This document shows, one piece after another, positions 20,325-30,082 of a stretch of 64,000 bases of DNA; position 1 is the stretch's first letter; every line of letters begins with the position of its first letter. Position numbers and translations under genes: made by a program. This stretch comes from Alphaproteobacteria bacterium. Lineage in GTDB: Bacteria; Pseudomonadota; Alphaproteobacteria; SHVP01. The stretch lies in assembly GCA_038121105.1 (NCBI GenBank), contig JAYONB010000005.1, forward strand, positions 130,274 to 194,273, written 5' to 3'. Under the pieces are notes generated by a model. The model was not told the origin of the DNA. It saw nothing but the letters and a program-made list of their open reading frames with translations, and searched no databases.

Positions 20325-21062
20325 GTGATTGGGTCGCTTCGTCAATTCGGGTTGGACGCCGCGAGCGCGGCGGTCGATCTGCTGATTCCGCGTCAGTGCC
20401 CGGTTTGCGGCGTGTTTGTTCAGAATGCCGGGCTATGCGCTGCGTGTTGGCCGGACGCTCGCTTCATCGCGGCGCCTTTATGCGCCCGATGCGGTCTGCC
20501 GTTTGAGTACGATGTCGGCCCCGAAACGTGGTGTGGCGCCTGTCACGCAGCGCCGCCGCCTTTTGCGCGCGCCCGTGCCGCGATGGTCTACGACGACGTG
20601 TCGCGAACGCTGGTCTTAGCGTTCAAGCACGCCGATCGGCTCGACCTAACGCCGCTCGTGGTGTCGTGGATGCAAAGTGCGGGGGGCGACCTCCTGGCCG
20701 ACGCCCAGTTGATCGTGCCGGTGCCCCTGCATCCTCGCCGATTGTACCGGCGGCACTACAATCAGGCTGCGATCCTTGCCAACGCGCTAGGCGTTGCCGG
20801 CGACATACACGTCGCTGTCGACGGGATAAAGCGTGTTCGGCATACCGCCAGTCAAAGCGGACTCGGTCGCAAAGCGCGCGAACGAAACCTTCGGCGGGCC
20901 ATCGCCCCGAGCAGCGGCGCCCGCGCGCAGATCGAAGGACGGCGGGTTCTTTTGATTGACGACGTGTTCACCACAGGTGCGACCGCGGACGCCTGTACGC
21001 GTGCTCTCATGTCGGCGGGTGCGGTTCAAGTTGACGTCCTGACCTTCGCCCGCGTGGTCTGA
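20325..21062 (+). CDS. ComF family protein (phosphoribosyltransferase domain, N-terminal zinc ribbon)
   Basis: 245 aa with CPVCG...CAACW N-terminal Cys pairs and a PRTase motif (VLLIDDVFTTGATADACTRAL). Confidence 0.75.
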   Translation: MIGSLRQFGLDAASAAVDLLIPRQCPVCGVFVQNAGLCAACWPDARFIAAPLCARCGLPFEYDVGPETWCGACHAAPPPFARARAAMVYDDVSRTLVLAFKHADRLDLTPLVVSWMQSAGGDLLADAQLIVPVPLHPRRLYRRHYNQAAILANALGVAGDIHVAVDGIKRVRHTASQSGLGRKARERNLRRAIAPSSGARAQIEGRRVLLIDDVFTTGATADACTRALMSAGAVQVDVLTFARVV

Positions 21063-21165
21063 GTCACTGGATTTTGTTTCGTCGCGGCCCGACACCGGTT
21101 GCGGATTCGGTGACGAGGCACCTAATCTAGGTTAGCTATTACTCAAATCGGCGCGGCGGTGGTCC

Positions 21166-21432
21166 ATGGCGGAAATCGAAATCTATACGACGATGATGTG
21201 CGGGTTTTGCGCTCGGGCAAAAAACCTTCTCAAAAAGAAGGGCGTCGACTTCAACGAAATCGACGTTACGTTCAGCAACGCAAAACGTGGAGAGATGGCG
21301 GACCGGGCCGCCGGACGCTACACGGTGCCGCAAATTTTCATCAACGGCGATGGGATCGGTGGCTGCGACGAGCTGTACGCGCTGGAGCGAGAAGGCAAGC
21401 TTGACGAACTTCTCTCGCGTCCCGCTGCCTGA
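21166..21432 (+). CDS. grxC: glutaredoxin 3
   Basis: 88 aa with the CGFC active site (IEIYTTMMCGFCARAKNLL). Confidence 0.9.
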   Translation: MAEIEIYTTMMCGFCARAKNLLKKKGVDFNEIDVTFSNAKRGEMADRAAGRYTVPQIFINGDGIGGCDELYALEREGKLDELLSRPAA

Positions 21433-21444
21433 TCCGACAACGCG

Positions 21445-22281
21445 ATGAAAGTCGCCTGCCTTCAGGTCTGTGCCGGCGACGATATGGCCCAAAACCTTGC
21501 GCGAGTGAGCGAAGGGGTCAGAGAAGCTGCCGCGGCGGGCGCCGACTTCATCACGACACCCGAAAACGTCGCGCTGATGGCGGCTCGTCGGACGCAGTTG
21601 CTCGAACATGCAGTGGCTGAAGCCGAGCATCCGGCCGTTGCCCGCTTTTCTGAGCTTGCGGCTTCGGTCGGGCGTTGGGTCCTTGCTGGATCGATCGGTG
21701 TTGCGGCCGGTGATGGGCGCATCTTCAATCGCTCTCTTCTCTTTGATCCCGAGGGCAAGGTTGCGGCGCGGTACGACAAGATTCACATGTTCGATGTAAC
21801 GCTACCGGGTGGCGAAACCTATCAAGAATCGCGCAATTACCGGCCCGGTTCAGCGGCGGTTGTCGCCGAATTGGCAGGGGTCACGTTGGGGATGACGGTT
21901 TGCTACGACGTGCGGTTCCCGGCCTTGTATCGGGCATTGGGGCAGGCTGGCGCCCAGATCATAACGGTCCCTTCGGCGTTTACCGCCACAACCGGTCGTG
22001 CCCATTGGTCCGCCTTGCTTAGAGCACGAGCGATCGAAACGGGTGCCTTCGTGGTGGCGCCGGCACAGGTCGGTACTCATCCCGCTAACCGAAAGTCCTA
22101 TGGACACTCGATGATCGTCGCCCCTTGGGGCGAGGTAATTCTCGATGCCGGAGAGGCGCTTGGCGTCACCTATGCCGACCTGGATTTTTCAACGGTGACA
22201 AAAGCGCGGCAGTCGATCCCTGCCTGGGGCGCGACGACCGAGTTTGCGCTGCCGGCCCCAGCCAATAGATGCGCCTCTTGA
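21445..22281 (+). CDS. carbon-nitrogen hydrolase family protein (nitrilase/omega-amidase-like)
   Basis: 278 aa with a CN-hydrolase Glu-Lys-Cys triad context (MKVACLQ..., ...GMTVCYDVRFPAL). Confidence 0.85.
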   Translation: MKVACLQVCAGDDMAQNLARVSEGVREAAAAGADFITTPENVALMAARRTQLLEHAVAEAEHPAVARFSELAASVGRWVLAGSIGVAAGDGRIFNRSLLFDPEGKVAARYDKIHMFDVTLPGGETYQESRNYRPGSAAVVAELAGVTLGMTVCYDVRFPALYRALGQAGAQIITVPSAFTATTGRAHWSALLRARAIETGAFVVAPAQVGTHPANRKSYGHSMIVAPWGEVILDAGEALGVTYADLDFSTVTKARQSIPAWGATTEFALPAPANRCAS

Positions 22282-22336
22282 AAAGAAACTATGCGTTCTA
22301 TATCGGTGACGGAGTGCACCATTCGCGTGACCGAAA

Positions 22337-22786
22337 ATGATCTCGTTCGACCTTCGCTGCGCAAACGATCACGTTTTTGAAGCGTGGTTCGCCAACACCA
22401 AGGCCTACCAGGAACAGGTCGATGCGGGAGAACTCGTATGTCCCCTATGCGGCAACGCAGAACTGGAAAAATCGCTGATGGCGCCGAACGTGGCGACGGG
22501 TTCGAAGCAGCCAACGCAGGTGTCCTCCGCGCCGATGCCGGCGGCTACCGGTGCCTCGGACAAGGGTGCCGAGCTCATGCGGCTTGCCCGGGCGGTGCGC
22601 GCCGAAGTCGAAAAAAATTTCGAGCACGTCGGCAGCGATTTTGCCGAAGAGGCAAAGAAAATTTATTACGGCGAGTCGGAACACCGCGACATCTATGGCG
22701 AGATGACGCGCGACGAAGCCGTCGAACTGCATGAAGAAGGCGTTGAATTCGGTGTTCTTCCTTGGCCGTCCAAGGAAGACGCCTAG
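22337..22786 (+). CDS. DUF1178-like protein (N-terminal CxxC...CPLCG zinc-ribbon)
   Basis: 149 aa (MISFDLRCANDHVFEAWF...LVCPLCGN). This family typically follows grxC/CN-hydrolase in alphaproteobacteria. There is a 4-nt convergent overlap with ubiG. Confidence 0.7.
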   Translation: MISFDLRCANDHVFEAWFANTKAYQEQVDAGELVCPLCGNAELEKSLMAPNVATGSKQPTQVSSAPMPAATGASDKGAELMRLARAVRAEVEKNFEHVGSDFAEEAKKIYYGESEHRDIYGEMTRDEAVELHEEGVEFGVLPWPSKEDA

Positions 22787-23538
22787 GGCCGCGTCGCGAA
22801 CCCCATGTAGTTCACGGCAAGGCTCGAGGATAAGCGCCAATCGCGCGACAACGGGTCGAAGCTTATCCCGCTCAAGTGTTGAAGCTGCAGGTCTACTGCG
22901 CAAAGGTGCCGCCCAAGTTCCGATGGTCGGAGGAAGCGGTTCCAATCGTGTGTCCCGCGAGGAAGCCAACCCAAAACATACTCGGCGCCGATGATGGCCA
23001 AGAGGTACGCTTTCGCGGTTCTGTTTAGCGTCGCCACGACCATGCTTGAATCGTCGCCGCGGAACAAATTGGCGCAAGCTTTGAAGAAGCCCGGCACATC
23101 CGCCACGTGTTCGACGACTTCCATGTTGAGGACGACATCGAAGGTTTCTCCCCACGCCGATAGATCTTCTGCGGTTGCTTGCACGTAGTCGATATCCAGA
23201 CCCATGGTCGCGGCATGGGTCTTGGCGATCTCGATGTTCTCTTCGGAGGGGTCGACGCCGACCAACTTGGCGCCAAGTCGAGTCATCGGCTCGCACAGCA
23301 GCCCACCGCCGCACCCGATATCGGCAATCCGCAATCCGTCGAGAGGTTTGGGGCCTGCAGGGTCACGGCTGAACTGTCGGCAAAGCCGGTCTCGGATATA
23401 GCGAAGGCGGACCGGATTAAGCTGATGCAGCGGGCGAAAGGGGCCCTCCGCATCCCACCAAAGGGCGGACATTCTGCTGAACCGATCGACCTCGGCGCCG
23501 TCGATCGACGATGCGGTCTTGGTCGCGTTTACCGTCAC
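22783..23538 (-). CDS. ubiG: bifunctional 3-demethylubiquinol 3-O-methyltransferase / 2-polyprenyl-6-hydroxyphenol methylase
   Basis: 251 aa with methyltransferase motif I (LRIADIGCGGGLL) and UbiG-like N-terminus. Confidence 0.9.
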   Translation of the reverse strand: MTVNATKTASSIDGAEVDRFSRMSALWWDAEGPFRPLHQLNPVRLRYIRDRLCRQFSRDPAGPKPLDGLRIADIGCGGGLLCEPMTRLGAKLVGVDPSEENIEIAKTHAATMGLDIDYVQATAEDLSAWGETFDVVLNMEVVEHVADVPGFFKACANLFRGDDSSMVVATLNRTAKAYLLAIIGAEYVLGWLPRGTHDWNRFLRPSELGRHLCAVDLQLQHLSGISFDPLSRDWRLSSSLAVNYMGFATRP

Positions 23539-23667
23539 AAAAGGCCGCCTTGCTTGCCTGAGAATGGTGTCGTGTATATGTATACGCGCCCCTGCAGGAA
23601 CAAGAAAATACTTCGGGCAACGTAGTCAACGTGGCGGCTAGCGGCTGCCGAGTTCATTCCGGGTGCT

Positions 23668-24888
23668 ATGTCCGTAATCGTTCAAAAATTTGGCGGCACG
23701 TCGGTCGCCGACCTCGATCGCATCAGGAATGCGGCATTGAGGACCAAGGCGGAATACGACCGCGGCAATAACGTTGCGGTCGTGGTTTCCGCTATGGCGG
23801 GTACCACGAATCAACTGGTTCAGTGGACCGGCGAAGCGGCGGCGTTGCACGATACGCGCGAATACGATGCGGTGGTCTCGACAGGCGAGCAGGTCACCGC
23901 GGGGCTTCTTGCCATCATCCTGCAAGAGATGGGCATCTCAGCTAGATCATGGCTGGGTTGGCAATTGCCGATCCACACGGACTCCTCGCACGGGTCGGCG
24001 CGGATATTGGACATCGATGTGCAGGCGCTCAACCGGCGCTTCGAGGATCGACAAGTTGCCGTTATTGCTGGCTTCCAGGGTCTGAGCGCCGAGAACCGAA
24101 TCACCACCCTTGGTCGTGGCGGCTCTGATACGAGCGCCGTCGCTCTCGCGGCGGCCCTCAACGCCGAACGTTGCGACATTTTTACGGACGTCGACGGCAT
24201 CTACACCTCGGACCCGCGAATCGTTACCAAGGCCAGGAAACTGGACAAGATCACTTACGAAGAGATGCTTGAGCTCGCCTCGCTTGGTGCCAAGGTGCTC
24301 CAAACCCGTTCCGTAGAACTCGCTATGAACTACGGTGTCAGGCTCCAAGTTCTTTCCAGTTTCAACGACACCCCCGGTACACTCGTGGTCGACGAGGAAG
24401 AGATTGTGGAAAAAGAAATTGTAAGCGGTATCGCCTATTCGCGTGACGAGGCCAAGATCACGCTGCGCCGGGTCGCGGACCGGCCGGGAGTCGCGGCGGC
24501 AGTCTTCGGCCCTCTCGCGGAGGCCAATATCAATGTCGATATGATCGTACAGAACATTTCTCAAAGCGATCAATCGACCGATCTGACGTTTACCGTCACC
24601 CGATCGCACCTCGAGCGTGCCGTCGACGTTATCAAGAATGCCCGCGCGGAGGTCGGCTACGAAGAACTCAAGGCCGACGAAGATGTTACCAAAGTATCAG
24701 TGATCGGCGTTGGGATGCGCAGTCACGCAGGGGTTGCCCAACGAATGTTTGCGACGCTCGCCGAGCGCGGTATCAACATTCAGGTGATCTCGACCTCTGA
24801 GATCAAGGTCAGCGTTCTGATTGAAGAAGAGTATACCGAGCTTGCGCTGCGCGCCCTTCACACTGCCTATGGCCTCGACAATGAGTGA
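23668..24888 (+). CDS. lysC: aspartate kinase
   Basis: 406 aa (IVQKFGGTSV...) with C-terminal ACT domains. Confidence 0.9.
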   Translation: MSVIVQKFGGTSVADLDRIRNAALRTKAEYDRGNNVAVVVSAMAGTTNQLVQWTGEAAALHDTREYDAVVSTGEQVTAGLLAIILQEMGISARSWLGWQLPIHTDSSHGSARILDIDVQALNRRFEDRQVAVIAGFQGLSAENRITTLGRGGSDTSAVALAAALNAERCDIFTDVDGIYTSDPRIVTKARKLDKITYEEMLELASLGAKVLQTRSVELAMNYGVRLQVLSSFNDTPGTLVVDEEEIVEKEIVSGIAYSRDEAKITLRRVADRPGVAAAVFGPLAEANINVDMIVQNISQSDQSTDLTFTVTRSHLERAVDVIKNARAEVGYEELKADEDVTKVSVIGVGMRSHAGVAQRMFATLAERGINIQVISTSEIKVSVLIEEEYTELALRALHTAYGLDNE

Positions 24889-25954
24889 CGCGGCGCGTGT
24901 TGACGCTGCTCAAAGACTAGACCGACTTTGGCGACGAGGACGCGAATTCCTGGGTAGCGAATACGCAATCTTGGGCGGCGCGATGAGCTGGCTTTCGGAA
25001 CGGAATCTCGTTTCGGCGATTTCCAACGCGGGTGGATTTGGTGTTATCGCTTGTGGCTCCTTGGGACCCGACGAACTCGGCGCGGAGATCGAAGCGACGG
25101 CCGCGCTCACCGACCGCCCCTTCGGCGTCAACCTCATTACGATGCACCCAGATCTGATGGAACTCATCGACACCTGCGCGCGCCATGGCGTGAGTCATGT
25201 GGCGTTGGCCGGCGGCTTGCCTCCGGCTGCCGCGATCAGTCGTCTGAAAGGCGCTGGTATCAAAGTTTTGGCTTTCGCGCCGGCACTGGCGTTAGCCAAA
25301 CGCCTTGTGCGGAATGGTGTCGATGCATTGGTCATCGAGGGAATGGAGGCGGGTGGCCATATCGGTCCGGTATCGACCGGGGTCCTCGCTCAGGAGATCC
25401 TGCCGTTCATCCAAGAGGTGCCGATCTTCGTCGCCGGGGGGATCGGTCGAGGTGCCGCTATCGCGATGTACCTGGGCGCGGGCGCGTCCGGCGTCCAAAT
25501 GGGAACGCGCTTCGTGGGCGCTTCGGAGTGCATTGCCCACCCGAAGTTTAAGCAGGCGTTCTTTCGCGGCCATGCCCGCGACGCCGTTCTATCTGTGCAG
25601 TTGGATGACCGTTTTCCCGTCATTCCGGTACGCGCGCTCGCAAATAAGGGCACTCAACTATTCCTCGAAAAGCAGCGCGAAGTCATCGCAAAGGTCGATT
25701 CGGGCGATCTGTCGCAGGCCGAAGCGCAATTGGCGATCGAGCGGTTTTGGGCGGGCGCGCTACGCAGGGCCGCTATCGACGGGGATGTCGAACTCGGTTC
25801 GGTAATGGCGGGCCAAAGCGTCGGGCTCGTCAAGAACGAGGAGCCGACCGCCGACATCATCAAACAACTCATCGAAGAAGCCATTGACGCGCTCGATGTT
25901 ATGGCAGTCCGCGAGGCGCCCTCCGGATCGCCTCCCACGCCGCCCACGGGATGA
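24881..25954 (+). CDS. nitronate monooxygenase (NMO/2-nitropropane dioxygenase, FMN TIM-barrel) family protein
   Basis: The start was set at ATG 24881, overlapping the lysC stop (ATGAGTGA). NMO-like motifs: GGFGVIACGS...VQMGTRFV. Confidence 0.8.
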   Translation: MSDAARVDAAQRLDRLWRRGREFLGSEYAILGGAMSWLSERNLVSAISNAGGFGVIACGSLGPDELGAEIEATAALTDRPFGVNLITMHPDLMELIDTCARHGVSHVALAGGLPPAAAISRLKGAGIKVLAFAPALALAKRLVRNGVDALVIEGMEAGGHIGPVSTGVLAQEILPFIQEVPIFVAGGIGRGAAIAMYLGAGASGVQMGTRFVGASECIAHPKFKQAFFRGHARDAVLSVQLDDRFPVIPVRALANKGTQLFLEKQREVIAKVDSGDLSQAEAQLAIERFWAGALRRAAIDGDVELGSVMAGQSVGLVKNEEPTADIIKQLIEEAIDALDVMAVREAPSGSPPTPPTG

Positions 25955-25962
25955 GCTAATCC

Positions 25963-28215
25963 GTGGCGGGCCCCCGTCTTGTGCTGAGCCAACTGCGTTC
26001 GCTAATGGCGAGCGAGGAGGCCCCGCAGAGCCGGCTTGATTCCGTTACCAAAATCATCGCCACCAACATGGCGGCGGATGTCTGTTCTCTCTACCTGCGC
26101 CGCGCGGGCGACGTCCTTGAGCTCTTTTCGACGCACGGCTTGCGCTCTGAGTCCGTTCATCTTACGCGGTTGCGCGTCGGCGAAGGCCTAATTGGCGATA
26201 TCGTTGCCCAAGCTCATACCCTCTCTTTGCCCGATGCGCAGGCGCATCCGCAGTTCGTTTACAGACCGGAAACCGGGGAAGAGGGATTTCGCTCTCTACT
26301 CGGCGTGCCGCTTCAACGCGGCGGTCGGGTGATCGGCGCCCTGAGCATTCAGAACCGGGACAAACGACATTTTTCCGCGGAGGATGCTGAAGTCCTGCAA
26401 ACGGTTGCGATGGTGCTGTGCGAACTCGTTCTCGCATCGAATCTGATCGGGCGGGACGAATATGCCGGCATCGACGGGAATGCGACACTGCCACTGCGCT
26501 TCGAGGGCTTGCCGCTTGCAAGCGGAATTGGCCAGGGTACCGTTTTCTTTCACCGCGGTCCGTCTCCTGTTCACGATCTCGTTTCGGATGATTCCGACTT
26601 TGAAATTGAGCGCTTAGAGCGTGCCGTTGAGAGTTTCTTGAACAGCGTTCGTCACCTGATCGAGGAAAGCGCTCCCCGAATTGGCGACAAAGAGCGAGAG
26701 ATTTTCGATACCTATCAGATGTTCGCCGAGGACGAAGGATGGTTGGATCGAATGCGTCTCGCGGTGCACGACGGCCTTACGGCTGAGGGCGCGGTTCAGC
26801 GAGTCCAAGAAGAAACACGACGGCGATTGGCGCCGACGGCCTACTTCCGCGAACGGATCTCGGATTTCGACGATCTCTCGAACCAGTTGCTGCGGCACCT
26901 GCAAGGCGCCGCAGACGATCTAGCGCACGAACTAGCCGAGGATGTCGTTCTCGTCGCCCGCAGTCTCGGACCGGCGGAGCTTCTGGAGTATGACCACCGC
27001 CGCCTGAAGGCGATAATTTTGGGGGAGGGGTCGCCCACATCCCACATGGTCTTGGTCGCGAAATCACTGAACATCCCGGTCGTTGGCCGCCTAAGCGGCG
27101 CACTCGCGCAAATTGGGTCGGGGGATCCTGTGGTCGTCGATGGCCGGCGGGGCTTGGTTCATCTTCGTCCAGACGACAGCGTGTACGACGAATTGGCCGA
27201 CGCGACTGCCGAGGCCGAGCGTCACCAAGCAGATCTTCAGCTGCTTAAAGACCATCCCGCAGAGTCGAGAGATGGCGTGACGTTTGATCTGCATCTTAAC
27301 GTTGGCCTCCTCAGCGAATTGCCGTTGCTGGATGCGACAGGTGCGGCCGGCATTGGGTTAATGCGAACGGAATTGTTGTTTCTTTCGCACAAAGCCTTTC
27401 CCAGTGTCGAAGATCAAGAGGCGCACTACCGACAGGTCTTCGAGACCGCCGGCACTCGCCCCATCGTCTTCCGAACCTTCGATCTCGGCGGCGACAAAAT
27501 TCTTCCCAATTTGGATCGTTCTCTTGAACGTGAGGAAAATCCAGCATTGGGGTGGCGTGCCCTCCGTGTGGGGTTGGATCGACCTTCCGTGTTGCGCAAT
27601 CAGCTGCGCGCGCTCATTGGCGCGAGCGGCGGTCGGCCGCTGTCGATCATGTTTCCGATGGTCTCCGAGGTTGCCGAACTTGATCGTGCGCGCGAGATCC
27701 TCGAACTGGAATTGGGGCGGGTCCGAAAGAAAGGAGCCCCACTAGCGCCGGAGCAGGTTCGGGTGGGGATCATGATCGAGGTTCCGTCATTGGCGTTCCA
27801 ACTCGACGGTCTCGCCAGTCGCGTCGACTTCGTCTCGATCGGGACCAACGATCTTGCGCAGTACTTTTTCGCCAGCGACCGGACCAGTCCCAAACTTGCC
27901 AACCGCTATGACACGCTGTCGCCGGGATTCTTGAGGCTGTTGCACCATATCCAGGAAAAATGCGCGTTCCACGACATCCCGATCGCCGTTTGTGGCGATA
28001 TGGCGGCGCAGCCGCTGGAGGCGATTTGCCTTGCGGCGCTTGGCTTTCGGACCCTCTCCATGCCGACCACCGCCTATGGTTTGGTCAAAAAAGCCTTACG
28101 TAGCCTCGATTGCGCCGCAATTGAGGCCTACGTTCGGTCACGGCTACCCAGCACCGACCACACCCTTAGAAGCGACATCCGCCACTTCGCCCAAGATCGC
28201 GGTTATTTCCATTAA
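25963..28215 (+). CDS. ptsP: phosphoenolpyruvate-protein phosphotransferase PtsP (EI-Ntr, N-terminal GAF)
   Basis: 750 aa with an N-terminal GAF domain followed by a PEP-utilising Enzyme I core (..MVSEVAELDRAREIL...GTNDLAQY..). Confidence 0.9.
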   Translation: MAGPRLVLSQLRSLMASEEAPQSRLDSVTKIIATNMAADVCSLYLRRAGDVLELFSTHGLRSESVHLTRLRVGEGLIGDIVAQAHTLSLPDAQAHPQFVYRPETGEEGFRSLLGVPLQRGGRVIGALSIQNRDKRHFSAEDAEVLQTVAMVLCELVLASNLIGRDEYAGIDGNATLPLRFEGLPLASGIGQGTVFFHRGPSPVHDLVSDDSDFEIERLERAVESFLNSVRHLIEESAPRIGDKEREIFDTYQMFAEDEGWLDRMRLAVHDGLTAEGAVQRVQEETRRRLAPTAYFRERISDFDDLSNQLLRHLQGAADDLAHELAEDVVLVARSLGPAELLEYDHRRLKAIILGEGSPTSHMVLVAKSLNIPVVGRLSGALAQIGSGDPVVVDGRRGLVHLRPDDSVYDELADATAEAERHQADLQLLKDHPAESRDGVTFDLHLNVGLLSELPLLDATGAAGIGLMRTELLFLSHKAFPSVEDQEAHYRQVFETAGTRPIVFRTFDLGGDKILPNLDRSLEREENPALGWRALRVGLDRPSVLRNQLRALIGASGGRPLSIMFPMVSEVAELDRAREILELELGRVRKKGAPLAPEQVRVGIMIEVPSLAFQLDGLASRVDFVSIGTNDLAQYFFASDRTSPKLANRYDTLSPGFLRLLHHIQEKCAFHDIPIAVCGDMAAQPLEAICLAALGFRTLSMPTTAYGLVKKALRSLDCAAIEAYVRSRLPSTDHTLRSDIRHFAQDRGYFH

Positions 28216-28455
28216 CTATTTGCAAATAAGCGGTTTTCTGATTTACTCACGGGCTGTGAAAGGCGTGGAAAACCAGCTTCTACTGAGGGGGCGTGTTTTC
28301 AACGTCGAACGCTAGGATAAGTGCGGTGCCCCGTGGCGCCGTGTTTGCCGGGATGTTGCCGCTGAGGCAGCTGTTCCGGCGTCCTCTTGGCGCTAGGGGA
28401 GTTGAGAGTTGGTTTGTTGGGCTGACACCACGGGCGGCCGTCGGCGAGGGCGAAA

Positions 28456-30009
28456 ATGGCGAGTCAAGAACCCCAGCGAGATGATCTGACGCCAAACGAG
28501 ACATCGCGGCGGCGATTGCATCTGCGCGAGGTCCGCACGGACCTCGCGGGCTACGATGGAATCGGCGTCGAAATGCGCGCCGCGAGAATTCGCGCAGGCA
28601 CAGAACTGCCGGACATTGCGCAGAAACTACGCATTAGTCAGCCGTATCTCGAAGCGATCGAGGAAGGCCGATTCGACGAACTACCCGGCCACGTTTACGT
28701 ATTCGGTTTCCTCAAGACCTATGCACGGTTTTTAGAGCTCGACGAAGGCATCGTCATCGAACGATTCCGCGCCGAGACGAGCGGCCCGCAACAAGAGGCC
28801 ACCCGATTGGCGTTCCCCTCGGCAATGGATCGTGGGCGTCTGCCGACTGGTCGGTTGCTGCTTGGCGGCCTACTCGTCGCGGTTTTGGCGTATGCCGGTT
28901 GGTTTGTGTTTACCAGCGACCAGCGCAGCACCGCGGACCGCGTCGCGGAGATACCAGAAAGACTTGCGGTCCCCGCGACTAACGAGGTCGATGCGACACC
29001 TCAGCCATCGCCGGTTGCCACATCTGAAGTCGAGCCAAACCAAGGCACCGATGCTGTTGTTGAGGCGCCGCCGCCGACCGTTGTCGAACGCGCTCCTGTT
29101 GGGCAGGACGCTGCCATTCCGACGGATTCGACACCTGGACAGGCTGCGGTCCTGGTGCCCGATGAAGCACCGGTCGTCAGTGCGACCATTCCGCCGATTG
29201 CCGATGCGGCCGAGTCGGCTGATGTTGTGACACCCCCAAGCCAGGTGGTGGAAGCCGCGCAAACGACCGCCGACGCGGAAAGTTCGGTTGTGGTCGAGAC
29301 GCCATCGCAGGAGGCTGCGCAACCGGCCTCTGTCGAGTCGCCAGCAACGCCGGTCGTGGCCCAAACGCCAACCGCAGGGACGAGTGGAGCAATACCCGAG
29401 CCCGCAAGCGCGACAAACGCACCAGTCGATCCTCAAATTACGCCCGAGCCACCCGCGCCGTCGGTTGTGGTTTCGAATCCGGTGGAAATCAGACAACTTG
29501 CCGATGCCTCGACCGCGCCTATCGATGCGGAAAACCAGGCATCGCGTGCGGCGCTGCTGGAAGCCGGGGGCGCTGGCGAACTGGCGCCATCGACCGATGA
29601 ACCGGTCGAGGTTGCCACCCGATCCGATCAGAGCGCACCGCCGCCCCTGGCGACAACGGCCGAAAACACCGATGTGGCGGCCACTGGGGAGTATGTGCCC
29701 CGTGTATTCGGCGCTGGAAACGAAGGTGCGCGTGTCGTTCTCGTCGCCGACGCCGAAAGTTGGGTGCAAGTTCGCACGACGTCAGGGGAACTCCTGCTGA
29801 CCCGCGTTCTAAAGCAGGGGGATCGCTACCTTGTCCCGAATCGATCAGACTTGGTCCTGATGACCGGAAACGTCGGTGCGCTTCAAGTACTTGTCGACGG
29901 CGATGCCATTCCGAAGCTTGGCCCGATGGGCGTCATCGGGCGCAATATTCCGCTTGATGCCGACCGGCTGCAGGTTGGTCAGGTAACGGTCGATTTCGAC
30001 GCCGAATAG
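28456..30009 (+). CDS. rodZ: RodZ-like protein (N-terminal XRE HTH, TM segment, Pro/Ala/Thr-rich linker, C-terminal DUF4115-like)
   Basis: 517 aa. HTH: ELPDIAQKLRISQPYLEAIEEGRF. TM: LLLGGLLVAVLAYAGWFVF. Long low-complexity linker. The conserved C-terminal domain spans RVVLVADAESWVQVRT to VDGDAIPKLG. Confidence 0.7.
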   Translation: MASQEPQRDDLTPNETSRRRLHLREVRTDLAGYDGIGVEMRAARIRAGTELPDIAQKLRISQPYLEAIEEGRFDELPGHVYVFGFLKTYARFLELDEGIVIERFRAETSGPQQEATRLAFPSAMDRGRLPTGRLLLGGLLVAVLAYAGWFVFTSDQRSTADRVAEIPERLAVPATNEVDATPQPSPVATSEVEPNQGTDAVVEAPPPTVVERAPVGQDAAIPTDSTPGQAAVLVPDEAPVVSATIPPIADAAESADVVTPPSQVVEAAQTTADAESSVVVETPSQEAAQPASVESPATPVVAQTPTAGTSGAIPEPASATNAPVDPQITPEPPAPSVVVSNPVEIRQLADASTAPIDAENQASRAALLEAGGAGELAPSTDEPVEVATRSDQSAPPPLATTAENTDVAATGEYVPRVFGAGNEGARVVLVADAESWVQVRTTSGELLLTRVLKQGDRYLVPNRSDLVLMTGNVGALQVLVDGDAIPKLGPMGVIGRNIPLDADRLQVGQVTVDFDAE

Positions 30010-30082
30010 CGCCCGCGCCGCACTTGATTCGTGCGGGTGTCGAGAGGCATAGTCGCCTCAATTCGCCCCTCAACAAGCAGTC

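Noticed and set aside
22445-23314. 289-aa minus-strand ORF overlapping ubiG and DUF1178
   Set aside because: It is an out-of-frame reading. ubiG, with the methyltransferase motif LRIADIGCGGG, explains this DNA.
28216-28455. 240-bp ptsP-rodZ intergenic region as a possible RNA element
   Set aside because: No convincing stem-loops, terminator or conserved-looking motif could be discerned by eye. It is probably just promoter space for rodZ-ispG.
29000-29700. Repetitive Pro/Ala/Thr-rich region that might be a DNA tandem repeat
   Set aside because: The repetition is at the amino-acid composition level and corresponds to the RodZ periplasmic linker. No exact nucleotide tandem unit is visible.
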